A DNA stretch of 64,000 bases from positions 928,001 through 992,000 of the forward strand of contig CBDEFO010000008.1 in the NCBI GenBank assembly GCA_965237525.1. Reading direction: 5' to 3'. Source of the stretch: Candidatus Latescibacterota bacterium (lineage in GTDB: Bacteria > Latescibacterota > CBDEFO01). The notes beneath the pieces were generated by a model. That model saw only the letters and a program-made list of their open reading frames with translations. It ran no database searches and had not been told where the DNA came from. Of this stretch, positions 53,920 to 63,219 are shown piece by piece. Made by a program: the position numbers and the translations under genes. How positions within the stretch are numbered: position 1 is the stretch's first letter; each line of letters starts with the position of its first letter.

Positions 53920-54878
53920 TTTGTTTCATCACCTCCTTATAAGACAACTTCCATCAGAGATTCTAGAAGACCCCTTTTCTTGAGCATCGCTCCCTCCTTT
54001 CCTTCGTGTGAAACCATTGTAGCTTACGGCTTTATGAAAGGTCTTGATGTTAATAGCAGAAGACGTTTTAGCAAACAAATTAGGACTACCTATAGCTGTT
54101 ACGTAGAATTCGTGAAAGACACCGCATAGAAGTCATCAAGTTCTTTGCTTAATCAGGATAATGTTAGTAACCTATGTGTGTCATATACTAAAATTCCCAA
54201 GCTTTGTCAAGCTTTCTTTGATAACATATCTTCATTAATTTTACAGATATTTAGTATTTGTCAACTATTTTACAAATACTATAAGAAATTATTACCCCTC
54301 TACCTTAGTTAGATAGCTGAGATAGATAAAACATCCAAAACGTTTTTTGACTTTTTTTCGAAATTGAAGATAAAGTACAATGCCTTAAAGAGAGTGTTAG
54401 AAAGGTAAAGAGTTTGGATGAAATATCGCCTGGCGTGTTCGCTTATTTTTGCCCGTCAAGAACTCAAGTTGCATCCACCGCGGCATCTGCATCACCTTCT
54501 GGCCGATGGATGTGTTGAAGTTCGGGGATCAAAACGGTTGGAAATCACCTTACACTGAACTGCTTGAAATTCAAATGGAACACCTCATATATTGAGGAGT
54601 TTAAGAAAAGTAGACGAAGGCTCCCCTTTCCCCCTGTATGTTGCCGACTTCAAGAAGATGTCCTTACCCATTAATCTTCTCAGATTCTAACTCACTTGCG
54701 TAAATCCTTGTGCTCTTGAGAGTAATAGTATCCGCTTTCAAGGGCATATTTTTCCCAAAGATAGGGAAATTCTATATACATTCCGTTGGGGAACTAGATA
54801 TGCGGTACAATTAAAATCACTCTATTCAGCTTAATTTCAATTGCTTCTGAACATATAGGAGTACAATACGCTACATAA

Positions 54879-54893
54879 TGGCACAACTTTTGC
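54879..54893 (+). promoter_or_regulatory. sigma54 (-24/-12) promoter of flgB
   Basis: TGGCAC-AACTT-TTGC, about 70 nt upstream of flgB. Confidence 0.75.
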
Positions 54894-54965
54894 GGTGATT
54901 CACATCGGTAATCCATCCTACTGAAATTTGTTTGCAACTCCAACGTGAAACCCACTTAGGTACCG

Positions 54966-55376
54966 ATGCTCGATAGAATCCTGTTTGATAAGACGAACGT
55001 CTCCTTTGTGGCAAAGGGGCTGGATGCCTCTGCAATGAGGCACAAATCTATCTCCGACAACGTGGCTAACGCTCTAACGCCTGGCTACAGAAGGACAAAG
55101 GTAAGGTTTGAAGAAGACTTGCACGGAGCGCTGAGACTTCAAGGATACAAGACTCATGGAAGACATGTACGACTGGGCAGAAAAACCCTAGCGGAAGTAC
55201 AGCCTAAAATGTACAGAGCTGAAGATACATCCGATGCGAGCGGTGTAAACAACGTAGATATTGAAAGAGAGATGGCTCACATGGCCAAAAACCAGATCTA
55301 TTACAACGCATTGGCTAAAATCATCAGCATGAAATTCACTGGACTCAGAACCGCCAGCAGAGGAAGAAGCGCCTAA
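54966..55376 (+). CDS. flgB: flagellar basal body rod protein FlgB
   Basis: RHKSISDNVANALTPGYR and SGVNNVDIEREM motifs. Confidence 0.93.
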   Translation: MLDRILFDKTNVSFVAKGLDASAMRHKSISDNVANALTPGYRRTKVRFEEDLHGALRLQGYKTHGRHVRLGRKTLAEVQPKMYRAEDTSDASGVNNVDIEREMAHMAKNQIYYNALAKIISMKFTGLRTASRGRSA

Positions 55377-55389
55377 AAAGTAGACATTA

Positions 55390-56695
55390 GAGGTTATTTA
55401 TCAAATGAAATCGGTGCACTTCTCTTTCGATCTTTGATTGATCTTGAATGATAGGTTTTCGACAATCTTTGGTTTCTGTTCTTTTTCAAAATGGATGTAT
55501 AATTGTTCTTCTTTTAGGTTCCATTCAGCCAGGACAAAGTAGTTGGTGTAAGAGGAGGGAAGAGATACTTTCTCATTTAGGACATCGATAAAGGCTTTAT
55601 CTGTCTGTTCTGTGTCCTGTTTGACTTGTCTGATAAAATAGGTCTTGGGAATGAAATCTTTCTCGTTTGACTTCTCTTGCTTAGGTGGACGGTAGCCGGT
55701 GTATCTCTGTGATGAAAGATTAAACCATTCTAACTTCTGATCAACTTCTTGTAAGCTTTTGAACTGAATTCTGTTCCAGAACTTCCTTGAAAATACAGAA
55801 TTGTTGCCTTCTATAGATGCTTGAGAAAAGGGCCTTCTGGGAACGGCAAATATCGGAATCACTTGATTTTTCAAGAGAAACTGCATTGCTTTGCTGACAT
55901 TCCTTTTACCTGAAACACTGCCAATAGTCGCCGAGCAATTGTCCACCTTAACGAAATCTGGTTTTTCAAACCTGTCAAAGAAAGACTGACACTTCTCGAT
56001 AAAGTTAGTTGCTGTTTGACCGTCAACCCGCCGAAAATACCTTAACTTAGGCTCTTTCTTAAAGGAAAATCCAACGAAGTTGACCGGCTCAGTTCTGCCG
56101 GTAAGATACTTTTTACCAATAAAGTCTGATTCTAGGACTCTGCCTCCTGAAAGATAGTAAATGGTATACTCTGGATAACAAAGATAACGAGATGCACCCT
56201 TGTTTTTACCTTTCTTCCTTCTCTGGGAAAGTCCTAAATCTGAAAGCATTCTGCCGATAGTCGGCAACGACGGAGGAGGGGTGCTAGAATATCGATTCCT
56301 CCATTCTTGTTCAATAACAGTGGCTCCTGAATAGAACTGATAAGGATCGTCCTCTAAGCTATGGTAAATCTCTTTGATTCTCTGTTCGTCAACTTTAGCC
56401 AATTTTCGCCTTTTTCCTTTTGGCCAACCCCGATTATCCATGGCAAAATCCTGATCCGGAGATTTAGTCCAAGCCGTAACGAAATCATTGGAAACTCTCG
56501 CTTGTTTGATAACTTCTCGCTTTGACATTTCTTTCTTAAAATACATCTCGTTGACTTCTTGTCTTAATACGGCCAATCTCTCTTTGTCCATAGGACTCCG
56601 TAGATTAAAGTTAAGACAATCAACTCAACTTAATCTACTAATACTCTAAACAAAGATCAAATTAGGTGCACCGATTTCATTTGATATTCAACCTC
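55390..56695 (-). mobile_element. IS-like element with long imperfect TIRs
   Basis: GAGGTT..TATCAAATGAAATCGGTGCAC..GATCTTTG at left, inverted at right; no target duplication seen. Confidence 0.85.
55401..56591 (-). CDS. integrase-core (rve-like) transposase
   Basis: N-terminal HTH-like region; ESDF / VDNC / SIEG as candidate D-D-E; bounded by TIRs. Confidence 0.75.
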   Translation of the reverse strand: MDKERLAVLRQEVNEMYFKKEMSKREVIKQARVSNDFVTAWTKSPDQDFAMDNRGWPKGKRRKLAKVDEQRIKEIYHSLEDDPYQFYSGATVIEQEWRNRYSSTPPPSLPTIGRMLSDLGLSQRRKKGKNKGASRYLCYPEYTIYYLSGGRVLESDFIGKKYLTGRTEPVNFVGFSFKKEPKLRYFRRVDGQTATNFIEKCQSFFDRFEKPDFVKVDNCSATIGSVSGKRNVSKAMQFLLKNQVIPIFAVPRRPFSQASIEGNNSVFSRKFWNRIQFKSLQEVDQKLEWFNLSSQRYTGYRPPKQEKSNEKDFIPKTYFIRQVKQDTEQTDKAFIDVLNEKVSLPSSYTNYFVLAEWNLKEEQLYIHFEKEQKPKIVENLSFKINQRSKEKCTDFI

Positions 56696-57470
56696 GAAAC
56701 CTAAGGAGACCTTCAACTCAATACTTTCGCTCATCAAAACAGTGGTGGACTACGAGTTCGGAACACTGTTTCTACTTAGGGAAGATCAAGGGGAACTGGA
56801 GATAGTGGCCAGCAAAGGCGAAGCTGTTGACCTCATCAACAAGGTCAACTTCGACCTTGGACGGGGCTTCTCCGCCTGGGTAGCCAGAAGTCAAAGACCG
56901 ATCCTTCTGTCCGACATACACAGGACAAAAAGATTTGAAGGAGACCGTATAAGGTGTTTTCTCTCCGTGCCTCTTGTCCTGGATAGCAAGAGTATAGGAG
57001 TTATGAACTTTGGTCATTCCGAACCTGGGAAATTCACAGAGAGCGACCTTGATCTTCTCAGTGTCATCGGTAGTCAGATCTCTTTGATAATTGAAAAGCT
57101 CAGTCTTGTGACAGAGCTCAGAGACACGACTATCAGATTAAGAGAGACAAACAAGCAACTGAAAGAAGCCCAGCAAAAGCTCATTGAATCTGAGAAGCTC
57201 ACAGCAATAGGTCAAGTTACAGCCAGTATAAATCACGAGATAAACAATCCCTTAACCGTGATTTCAGGAAACGTCCAACTCCTTTTGGCCACCGTGGACG
57301 ACGAACATGTTGTGGATAAGCTCAACATCATATTCCAACAGGCCGATAAGATTGCAGGGATCACCGAAAAACTCCGCAGCATGAAGAGCGTCGTCCTCGA
57401 GGAATATCTCCCGGGAGACGTTTCTATGATAGACATCAATAAGTCCTACGCCCAGGAGGTTGAAGCCTGA
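56696..57470 (+). CDS. GAF + HisKA protein, 5' end cut by IS
   Basis: Frame open back to IS end (KPKETFNSILSLIKTVVDY); GAF (FLSVPL, FTESDLDLL); H-box SINHEINNPL; no HATPase. Confidence 0.75.
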
Positions 57471-57546
57471 CTCAAAATGCAGTGAGAGCAGTCGGCAGGC
57501 AGTAGACAGGGCGCCCTTCTCTCCCTGTTTGCTGCGTAGCTTGAAT

Positions 57547-58143
57547 TTATATGTACCCTAGATCCGACAGCCTTTCCTTGATCTCCTCCCTCTCATCTTG
57601 TGTGTACGCATCATCCGGCTCAAGATAGCCCAATTCCTCTAGTTTATCTATCACCTCTATAGCACACTCCTGGGGTGTAGTTCCCAGAGTATCCAGGATT
57701 ACGTCTGCGTTTGCCGGCTCTTGGTAGGGCTGGTGGAGTCCAGCTATGTCGTTTACCTCTCCCCTTTCGGCTCTGGTATATATCCCTTTGGGGTCTCTCC
57801 TTTGACATTCCTCCAATGGGCACCGCACCCAAACCTCCACGAAATTATCTATCATCCCCCTTGCGCGATCTCTGAAGCTGCGGAGGCTCGATACAGCAGC
57901 GACGAGTGTACAGACTCCATTTCTGCACAGAATATTGCTCAAGAAGGCCAGCCTCTTTGTGTTCTCGTCTCTGGCTTCGAGCGTGTAGCCCAGATTCGGA
58001 CTTATATTGGCTCTCACCTTGTCGGAGTCCAGATTTTCAACCTTTATTCCCCTATCTTTCAATCTCAGTTCTACTTCCATGGCTATAGTCGTCTTTCCAG
58101 ATGCCGGGACGCCCGTAAACCATACTGTAAAGCCTTTTTCCAC
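57547..58143 (-). CDS. cysC: adenylyl-sulfate kinase
   Basis: WFTGVPASGKTT, LDSDKVR, RDPKGIY, ERLSDLGY tail; GTG start after GGAG. Confidence 0.93.
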   Translation of the reverse strand: MEKGFTVWFTGVPASGKTTIAMEVELRLKDRGIKVENLDSDKVRANISPNLGYTLEARDENTKRLAFLSNILCRNGVCTLVAAVSSLRSFRDRARGMIDNFVEVWVRCPLEECQRRDPKGIYTRAERGEVNDIAGLHQPYQEPANADVILDTLGTTPQECAIEVIDKLEELGYLEPDDAYTQDEREEIKERLSDLGYI

Positions 58144-58183
58144 AGTGCTTTCTCCTTTAGTAGTTTTACTGGTTACGTTGCAA

Positions 58184-59335
58184 CTACTCCACAAAAGGGT
58201 TAGAGCTTCGGCTCAAGGCATCGAAGACATCCGGTCTCATTATCTCCTGGGGCGGCATTCTTCCTTCTAGTATGGACTTTCTTATGGCTGTGCCGCTGAA
58301 GTTGATGTGCTTGTCCTCTTCGTGAGGACACGTCCTGTCGCTGGATAGTTGCCTACAAACGGTGCAGTAGAAAAAGTCCCCCCTTATGGTTATGGGCTGT
58401 ATCTCCAAATCGTCGTACTCGTCGAATATCTCTATTGCGGCCTCAGGGTGATAGTAGTCTCCGACGCCTGCGTGGTCTCTGCCTATGATTATGTGCGTAC
58501 ACCCGTAGTTCTTCCTGACTATAGCGTGGAAGATAGCTTCCTTGGGACCTGCATATCTCATCCGGAAGGGGAGGATGTTCAAAAGGACCCTGTCCTTTGC
58601 GAAGTAATTTTCTATAAGCACCTTATAGGTCTCTATTATAATCTCGTCCTTGAAATCCCCCTTCTTCTTCTTGCCGATCACAGGCTGTATCAGAAGCCCA
58701 TCCACGAGCCCAAGGACTGTCTTTTGTAGATTTTCGTGTCCTCCGTGCGGAACATTCCTGGTCTGGAACGCCACCGTCGTCCTCCAACCTCTCTTTTCGA
58801 ATTCGGCTCGGGTTCCTTCGGGGGTCAGATTGTACTCTTTAAAGGGGTCAGGCATTTCTCGAAACAGGCTGATCTTTCCCCCTAGGAGCATATCTTTCAT
58901 GCGGTAAACCCCCTCCACGCCGGGGTGATTCCTGTCCGTCGTACCGAAGGTGGAAAGAGCCATATTTTCCTTATCACACGTATATTTTTCCTCTAAGTGC
59001 AAGATAGCCGCAGGCTCCCCATCTTTCTTTGCCAGCGCCACATCTTCTCCCTCCCTAAACCTACGAGCGTCCGATTCATCCACATCCAGAAGAATGGGGA
59101 TAGTCCAGGGCGTGTCGTCTTTAAGTCTGTCCTTTGAAAGGACGCTCTCCAGGTCGCTTCTTGAAAGGAAACCCTCAAGGGGACTGAAGACGCCCTTTGC
59201 TATGTTCTCGGCGTCCTGTAGGATTTCATCCTCGACCCTGGCTTGAGGCAGGGACTTCGTCCTCTCCTGCGCTGCTTCCTTTTCATCTCCATCTAATAAT
59301 CTGTTTATGAGCCTTCCACCATGAGGTCGAATCAT
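58184..59335 (-). CDS. sat: sulfate adenylyltransferase
   Basis: PHGG, FQTRNVPHGGHE, MRYAGPKEA, GRDHAGVG. Confidence 0.96.
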   Translation of the reverse strand: MIRPHGGRLINRLLDGDEKEAAQERTKSLPQARVEDEILQDAENIAKGVFSPLEGFLSRSDLESVLSKDRLKDDTPWTIPILLDVDESDARRFREGEDVALAKKDGEPAAILHLEEKYTCDKENMALSTFGTTDRNHPGVEGVYRMKDMLLGGKISLFREMPDPFKEYNLTPEGTRAEFEKRGWRTTVAFQTRNVPHGGHENLQKTVLGLVDGLLIQPVIGKKKKGDFKDEIIIETYKVLIENYFAKDRVLLNILPFRMRYAGPKEAIFHAIVRKNYGCTHIIIGRDHAGVGDYYHPEAAIEIFDEYDDLEIQPITIRGDFFYCTVCRQLSSDRTCPHEEDKHINFSGTAIRKSILEGRMPPQEIMRPDVFDALSRSSNPFVE

Positions 59336-59357
59336 GTTTTTTGTCTCCAGCTATTAG

Positions 59358-59606
59358 CCCGATTAATTCATAAACTTGGTGGAGTCATTGCGAGGAGCAA
59401 AGCGGTCCCCGATTGGGTCTATCGGGGAAGCAATCTCAAGTTTTTATAGTGATCTCCTATGAGAGCCGGAGAGTATTACATGTACCACAGAATCGAGATT
59501 GCTTCGCCTTCGGCTCGCAATGACACCGAAGGTGGTTAAACGGCATAACTATAATATAATACAACCCTTTAATTAATACACGGCCTTTTTTTGTGAATTA
59601 TTCGGG
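59358..59606. mobile_element. 249-bp MITE with TTAG target duplication carrying nested repeats
   Basis: TTAG|CCCGATTAATTCATAAA ... TTTGTGAATTATTCGGG|TTAG (15/17 TIR match). Confidence 0.75.
59384..59524. repeat. GTCATTGCGAG...GAAGCAATCTC / GAGATTGCTTC...CTCGCAATGAC inverted pair with hairpin micro-element at 59406-59428
   Basis: Direct reading of both arms; inserted TCCCCGAT-TGGGTCT-ATCGGGGA. Confidence 0.8.
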
Positions 59607-59625
59607 TTAGGAGTTTTTTCTACTT

Positions 59626-61791
59626 TTACAAAAGCGAAGTCCCCTCCATCTCATCTGTTCTGGGTATCCCGAAGCACTTTAGGATTGTAGGAGCTATATC
59701 TATCTGACGCGGGCTTTGGACATTTGACTTTTGATTTATAAGGAATATTCCGGGGATATAACTCGGATCTATCAGATGATCGCCGGACCATTTCTTATTA
59801 TTATCTTCAATGAGTCCTTTAGGAGTCCCGCCGATAGCCGTCTGCCAGGAGAACCGATAGCCCTCTCTAAATCCGACCACCAAATCGGGCGATTGATCGG
59901 CATAGGGGCCCCTGTAGAGTTCCTCTTTCGTGTAGATGCGCTTTACTACGAGCTGGCCTGTTTTCGGGTCTTTCAACTGCATAAGCGCATCTTTTATCTC
60001 ATCCCTTACCTTTTTTGCCTCTTCCCCATCTTCTACTATTCCAACTCCCTCCCTGCCTTTCAAATTGAGATAGATGCTCCCGAATCCTAAAGCGTAAGCC
60101 TGCGTTCCTCTCCAGTTGACATTCTGGAACAGCGCATAGTCTTCTCCCTGCTGGGGCGGATGCTTTAGATCCATAAAGCCGCTCTTTGCCAGCCATGAGT
60201 TGAGATGTACTGCTCTCCTGAAGGAGGAAAATCCATGGTCTGAGACGATGATAAGGACTGTCTGTTCATCCACATATTCTAACACTCTTCCGAGGATTCT
60301 GTCCATGCGGCGATAATAGTCACCGATGACGTCGCTGTACTTTTTCGCTATTTCCTCATCATAGATGGGGTGCTCGGGGTCCCTCGTCCGCCAGAACATG
60401 TGCTGTATCCTGTCGGTGGTATCGAACACGAACGCCAAGAGCCCTTTGTCAAAGCGATCCAGCTCGTGCCACAACATCTTTTCCCTTTCGGACATTATCT
60501 GGTCGCACATCTCCAAAAAAGCGTCCTCATCCAAGCGACCCTCTGACAGAGCCTTCGTGTCTTCGGGCATCCCCAAGGTGTGATAGCAGCCGATGTTTTG
60601 GGCAAGCTCTTTGGCGTACTCGTCTGGATAAGTGATCGGAAAAGCCGTGTTCTCAGGATCCACCTGAACGGGCGAAAGGTAAAGTCCTAACTCGGGCTTT
60701 ACGCTCGAAAGATAAAAGCGACCGATGCCCGCTGTGCGTTTTAAAAACCCCAGATTGAAATCGAGCTTGATCCAGTCGCTCCACTCTTTCTCCTTAAGGG
60801 AGTATGACTTGCCGTCGATGTCCAAAGTTACGCCTGAATCTTCGTTGTGGATGTTTATCTTCATGGGGATCTCGACGTCCCTTTTCCCCTTTATCTTTGA
60901 GACAGTAGGACCTGAGATGGACGTCTTGATAGTGCGGCTGTTCAGAGCAACCTGTATGACCTTCTCCCTGCCCTCCTCATCTTCGGACACCTGACGAGTC
61001 GTGTAAAAAGCGTAGCGCCCTAAATTACCCCTTATGTCAGGGACCCCAAGTCCAGAAAACATATGTCCTTTAACCTCTTCAGGCGGGAATGTGACGGGCC
61101 ATCTGATTACGCTTGTAGGGATGCCAGCTTTGGACGTGACCTCCCAAAAGGCCGTGCCCTTCCGCGTGCGTAAGAACATTGATTCTCTTGAAGCGAGGAT
61201 ATTCTTTTTGTTAATCTTCATCAGTGAGAGATCGGGCAGGTATTTTTTCGGATCTCTGATGATGAAATCGAATATTCCGTGATAGCCGGGGTTACTTCCA
61301 GTGGCCATCGAGGACCAGGCTACTGGACTTTGAGCCGGGTTGCTGGTAGAAAGGGGTCTGAACATCCCCTCGTTTCTTAGCTTGTCAAAGTTGGGTAGCT
61401 CACCTACCTCCATCAGATCCTCTAATAAATTCGGATCGAGGCCGTCTATCCCTAAGACTATGACTCTTTCGAATTTAACATCGGACATTGCGATTTCGTC
61501 TCCTTCCCCTTCAAAAATAAAGGCGACCGCTACAGCTACAACTGCCAAAAACGTTACAGACAGGATGGGTACAGCTACCTTGGGTTTTTCTCTGCAATTT
61601 CTGGTGATAAATTTGAATAATCTTACAAAAGGTCGGATTAAGAAGCCGAAGAAGAGGAGTATCCCACCGATTATGGGCGCAAGGACGGAGAACACGTAGC
61701 CCGTCGTACCCGGGTCTATGTATCCGTACGCCTCATCTGAAAACAGAATCAGTACTAGGACGGCCTTTCCTATGAGCATCAATATGTTCAT
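59626..61791 (-). CDS. alkaline phosphatase superfamily (nucleotide pyrophosphatase-like) membrane-anchored protein
   Basis: LGIDGLD, QSPVAWSSMATG, DRIQH, VSDHGF, SGDH, DIAPTIL; N-terminal AYGYIDPGT segment. Confidence 0.88.
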   Translation of the reverse strand: MNILMLIGKAVLVLILFSDEAYGYIDPGTTGYVFSVLAPIIGGILLFFGFLIRPFVRLFKFITRNCREKPKVAVPILSVTFLAVVAVAVAFIFEGEGDEIAMSDVKFERVIVLGIDGLDPNLLEDLMEVGELPNFDKLRNEGMFRPLSTSNPAQSPVAWSSMATGSNPGYHGIFDFIIRDPKKYLPDLSLMKINKKNILASRESMFLRTRKGTAFWEVTSKAGIPTSVIRWPVTFPPEEVKGHMFSGLGVPDIRGNLGRYAFYTTRQVSEDEEGREKVIQVALNSRTIKTSISGPTVSKIKGKRDVEIPMKINIHNEDSGVTLDIDGKSYSLKEKEWSDWIKLDFNLGFLKRTAGIGRFYLSSVKPELGLYLSPVQVDPENTAFPITYPDEYAKELAQNIGCYHTLGMPEDTKALSEGRLDEDAFLEMCDQIMSEREKMLWHELDRFDKGLLAFVFDTTDRIQHMFWRTRDPEHPIYDEEIAKKYSDVIGDYYRRMDRILGRVLEYVDEQTVLIIVSDHGFSSFRRAVHLNSWLAKSGFMDLKHPPQQGEDYALFQNVNWRGTQAYALGFGSIYLNLKGREGVGIVEDGEEAKKVRDEIKDALMQLKDPKTGQLVVKRIYTKEELYRGPYADQSPDLVVGFREGYRFSWQTAIGGTPKGLIEDNNKKWSGDHLIDPSYIPGIFLINQKSNVQSPRQIDIAPTILKCFGIPRTDEMEGTSLL

Positions 61792-61864
61792 TCTGAAAGT
61801 TCCTTAATAATAAGAACCATGAGATCGCATACCTTCAACGGGTACATATTGCCTTTGAAGCTAA

Positions 61865-62043
61865 TCATTTAAAATCTAAAGATACAGAGATCTTCGCAGT
61901 GATCCAACTCACGTCATCGAAAAATTTGGTCTTCGCCCAAGCAGGGTCCTGGTAAGAGTGTGCAAGTAGCGTGGGAGTAGTGTAAGCGATAAATATAAGC
62001 CAGGATTTAGAAATGTCAACATATTTGATCTCTTCAAAGAAGA
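61865..62043 (-). pseudogene. probable C-terminal fragment of a gene cut by the IS481-like element
   Basis: Frame open up to the IS end, with no start codon outside the IS. Confidence 0.4.
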
Positions 62044-63219
62044 GTAAAGACACATGGTATCCACCCTCACGGGATAATTTTGCCTATATTTAGGTGAGGA
62101 CTGAAAAAAGGAGGGTAGATACCATGGAGAACGCTATCAGTTACAGTGATGTTCTTGTTCTTAATCCTAATCCTGTTGATCTTCGTATCAAGATGGTTCA
62201 GACTGCTCAGCTATACGGTGTCTCGTATGCTGCAAGGGCTTTTAATACAACACGCAAGAGCATAAGAAAATGGCTGAAACGTTATCTTGAAGACCGATCC
62301 GTAAAGAGTCTAGAAAATCATACGAAAGCACCCATAAACCCTCACTCTTTGTTACCGGAGGAGATCAGAAAGCTGATTGTAAAGTTCCGACAGACCCATC
62401 CTTCTTTGGGATATCCGTATCTATTGGGTTTTCTCCAAAAACAAAATGTTCCCACTGACCAAATCCCCTCCAAACAGACTGCCTATGCTATCTGGAAAAA
62501 ACACAATCTCATAAAGAAACGCACGCGAAAATGGAAGAGAAAGGCACTTGTCTGCCAGTGGAAAAAGAAACTACGCCCCTTTGAACATATCCAGATCGAT
62601 GTCAAACATCTGTGCGATATCCCCAACTACCTGAAACAACATTACAAGACAGGTGCCCAACTCCCTATGTTTGAGTATACTGCCAGAGATATCAAGACAG
62701 GCGGTCTTTTTGTAAGCCTGGCAGACGAACAGAGCCTGATCAACTCCTGCATCTTGGCCGAAGCATTACTCCAACACCTGGAAGACCACAAGGTCTATCC
62801 ACGAAAGATCCAAACCGACAACGGCAGCCAATTCGTCAATACAAAGGATGCCCTCAAAAAGACCCTCTTTACCGACCTCATCCAACAAAGAGGCGTAAAA
62901 CATAAACGCATCCCACCAGGGGCTACTACATACCAATCCGATGTAGAACGCGCCCACGGCCTAATCGAATATGAATTCTACGACACCATCAAGACTACCA
63001 ACCGTGCCAACCTCTGCCGGAAACTCCAAACCTATCAATGGTTGTTCAATACCCAAAGACATAATAGCTATAAAGACTTCAAAAGCCCTTTACAAATAAC
63101 CACCCAACACCAACCCACAGAAAACCTCGACCCTCAACTTTTTAACTTCCCAGTCTTGATCCTTGACTCTCTTCTCTCTATCTTTATCAAGGGTGGATAC
63201 CATGTGCCTTTACCCGACA
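62044..63219 (+). mobile_element. IS481-like element, left tip degenerate
   Basis: GTAAAGACACATGGTATCCACCCT versus AGGGTGGATACCATGTGCCTTTAC..ACA. Confidence 0.8.
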
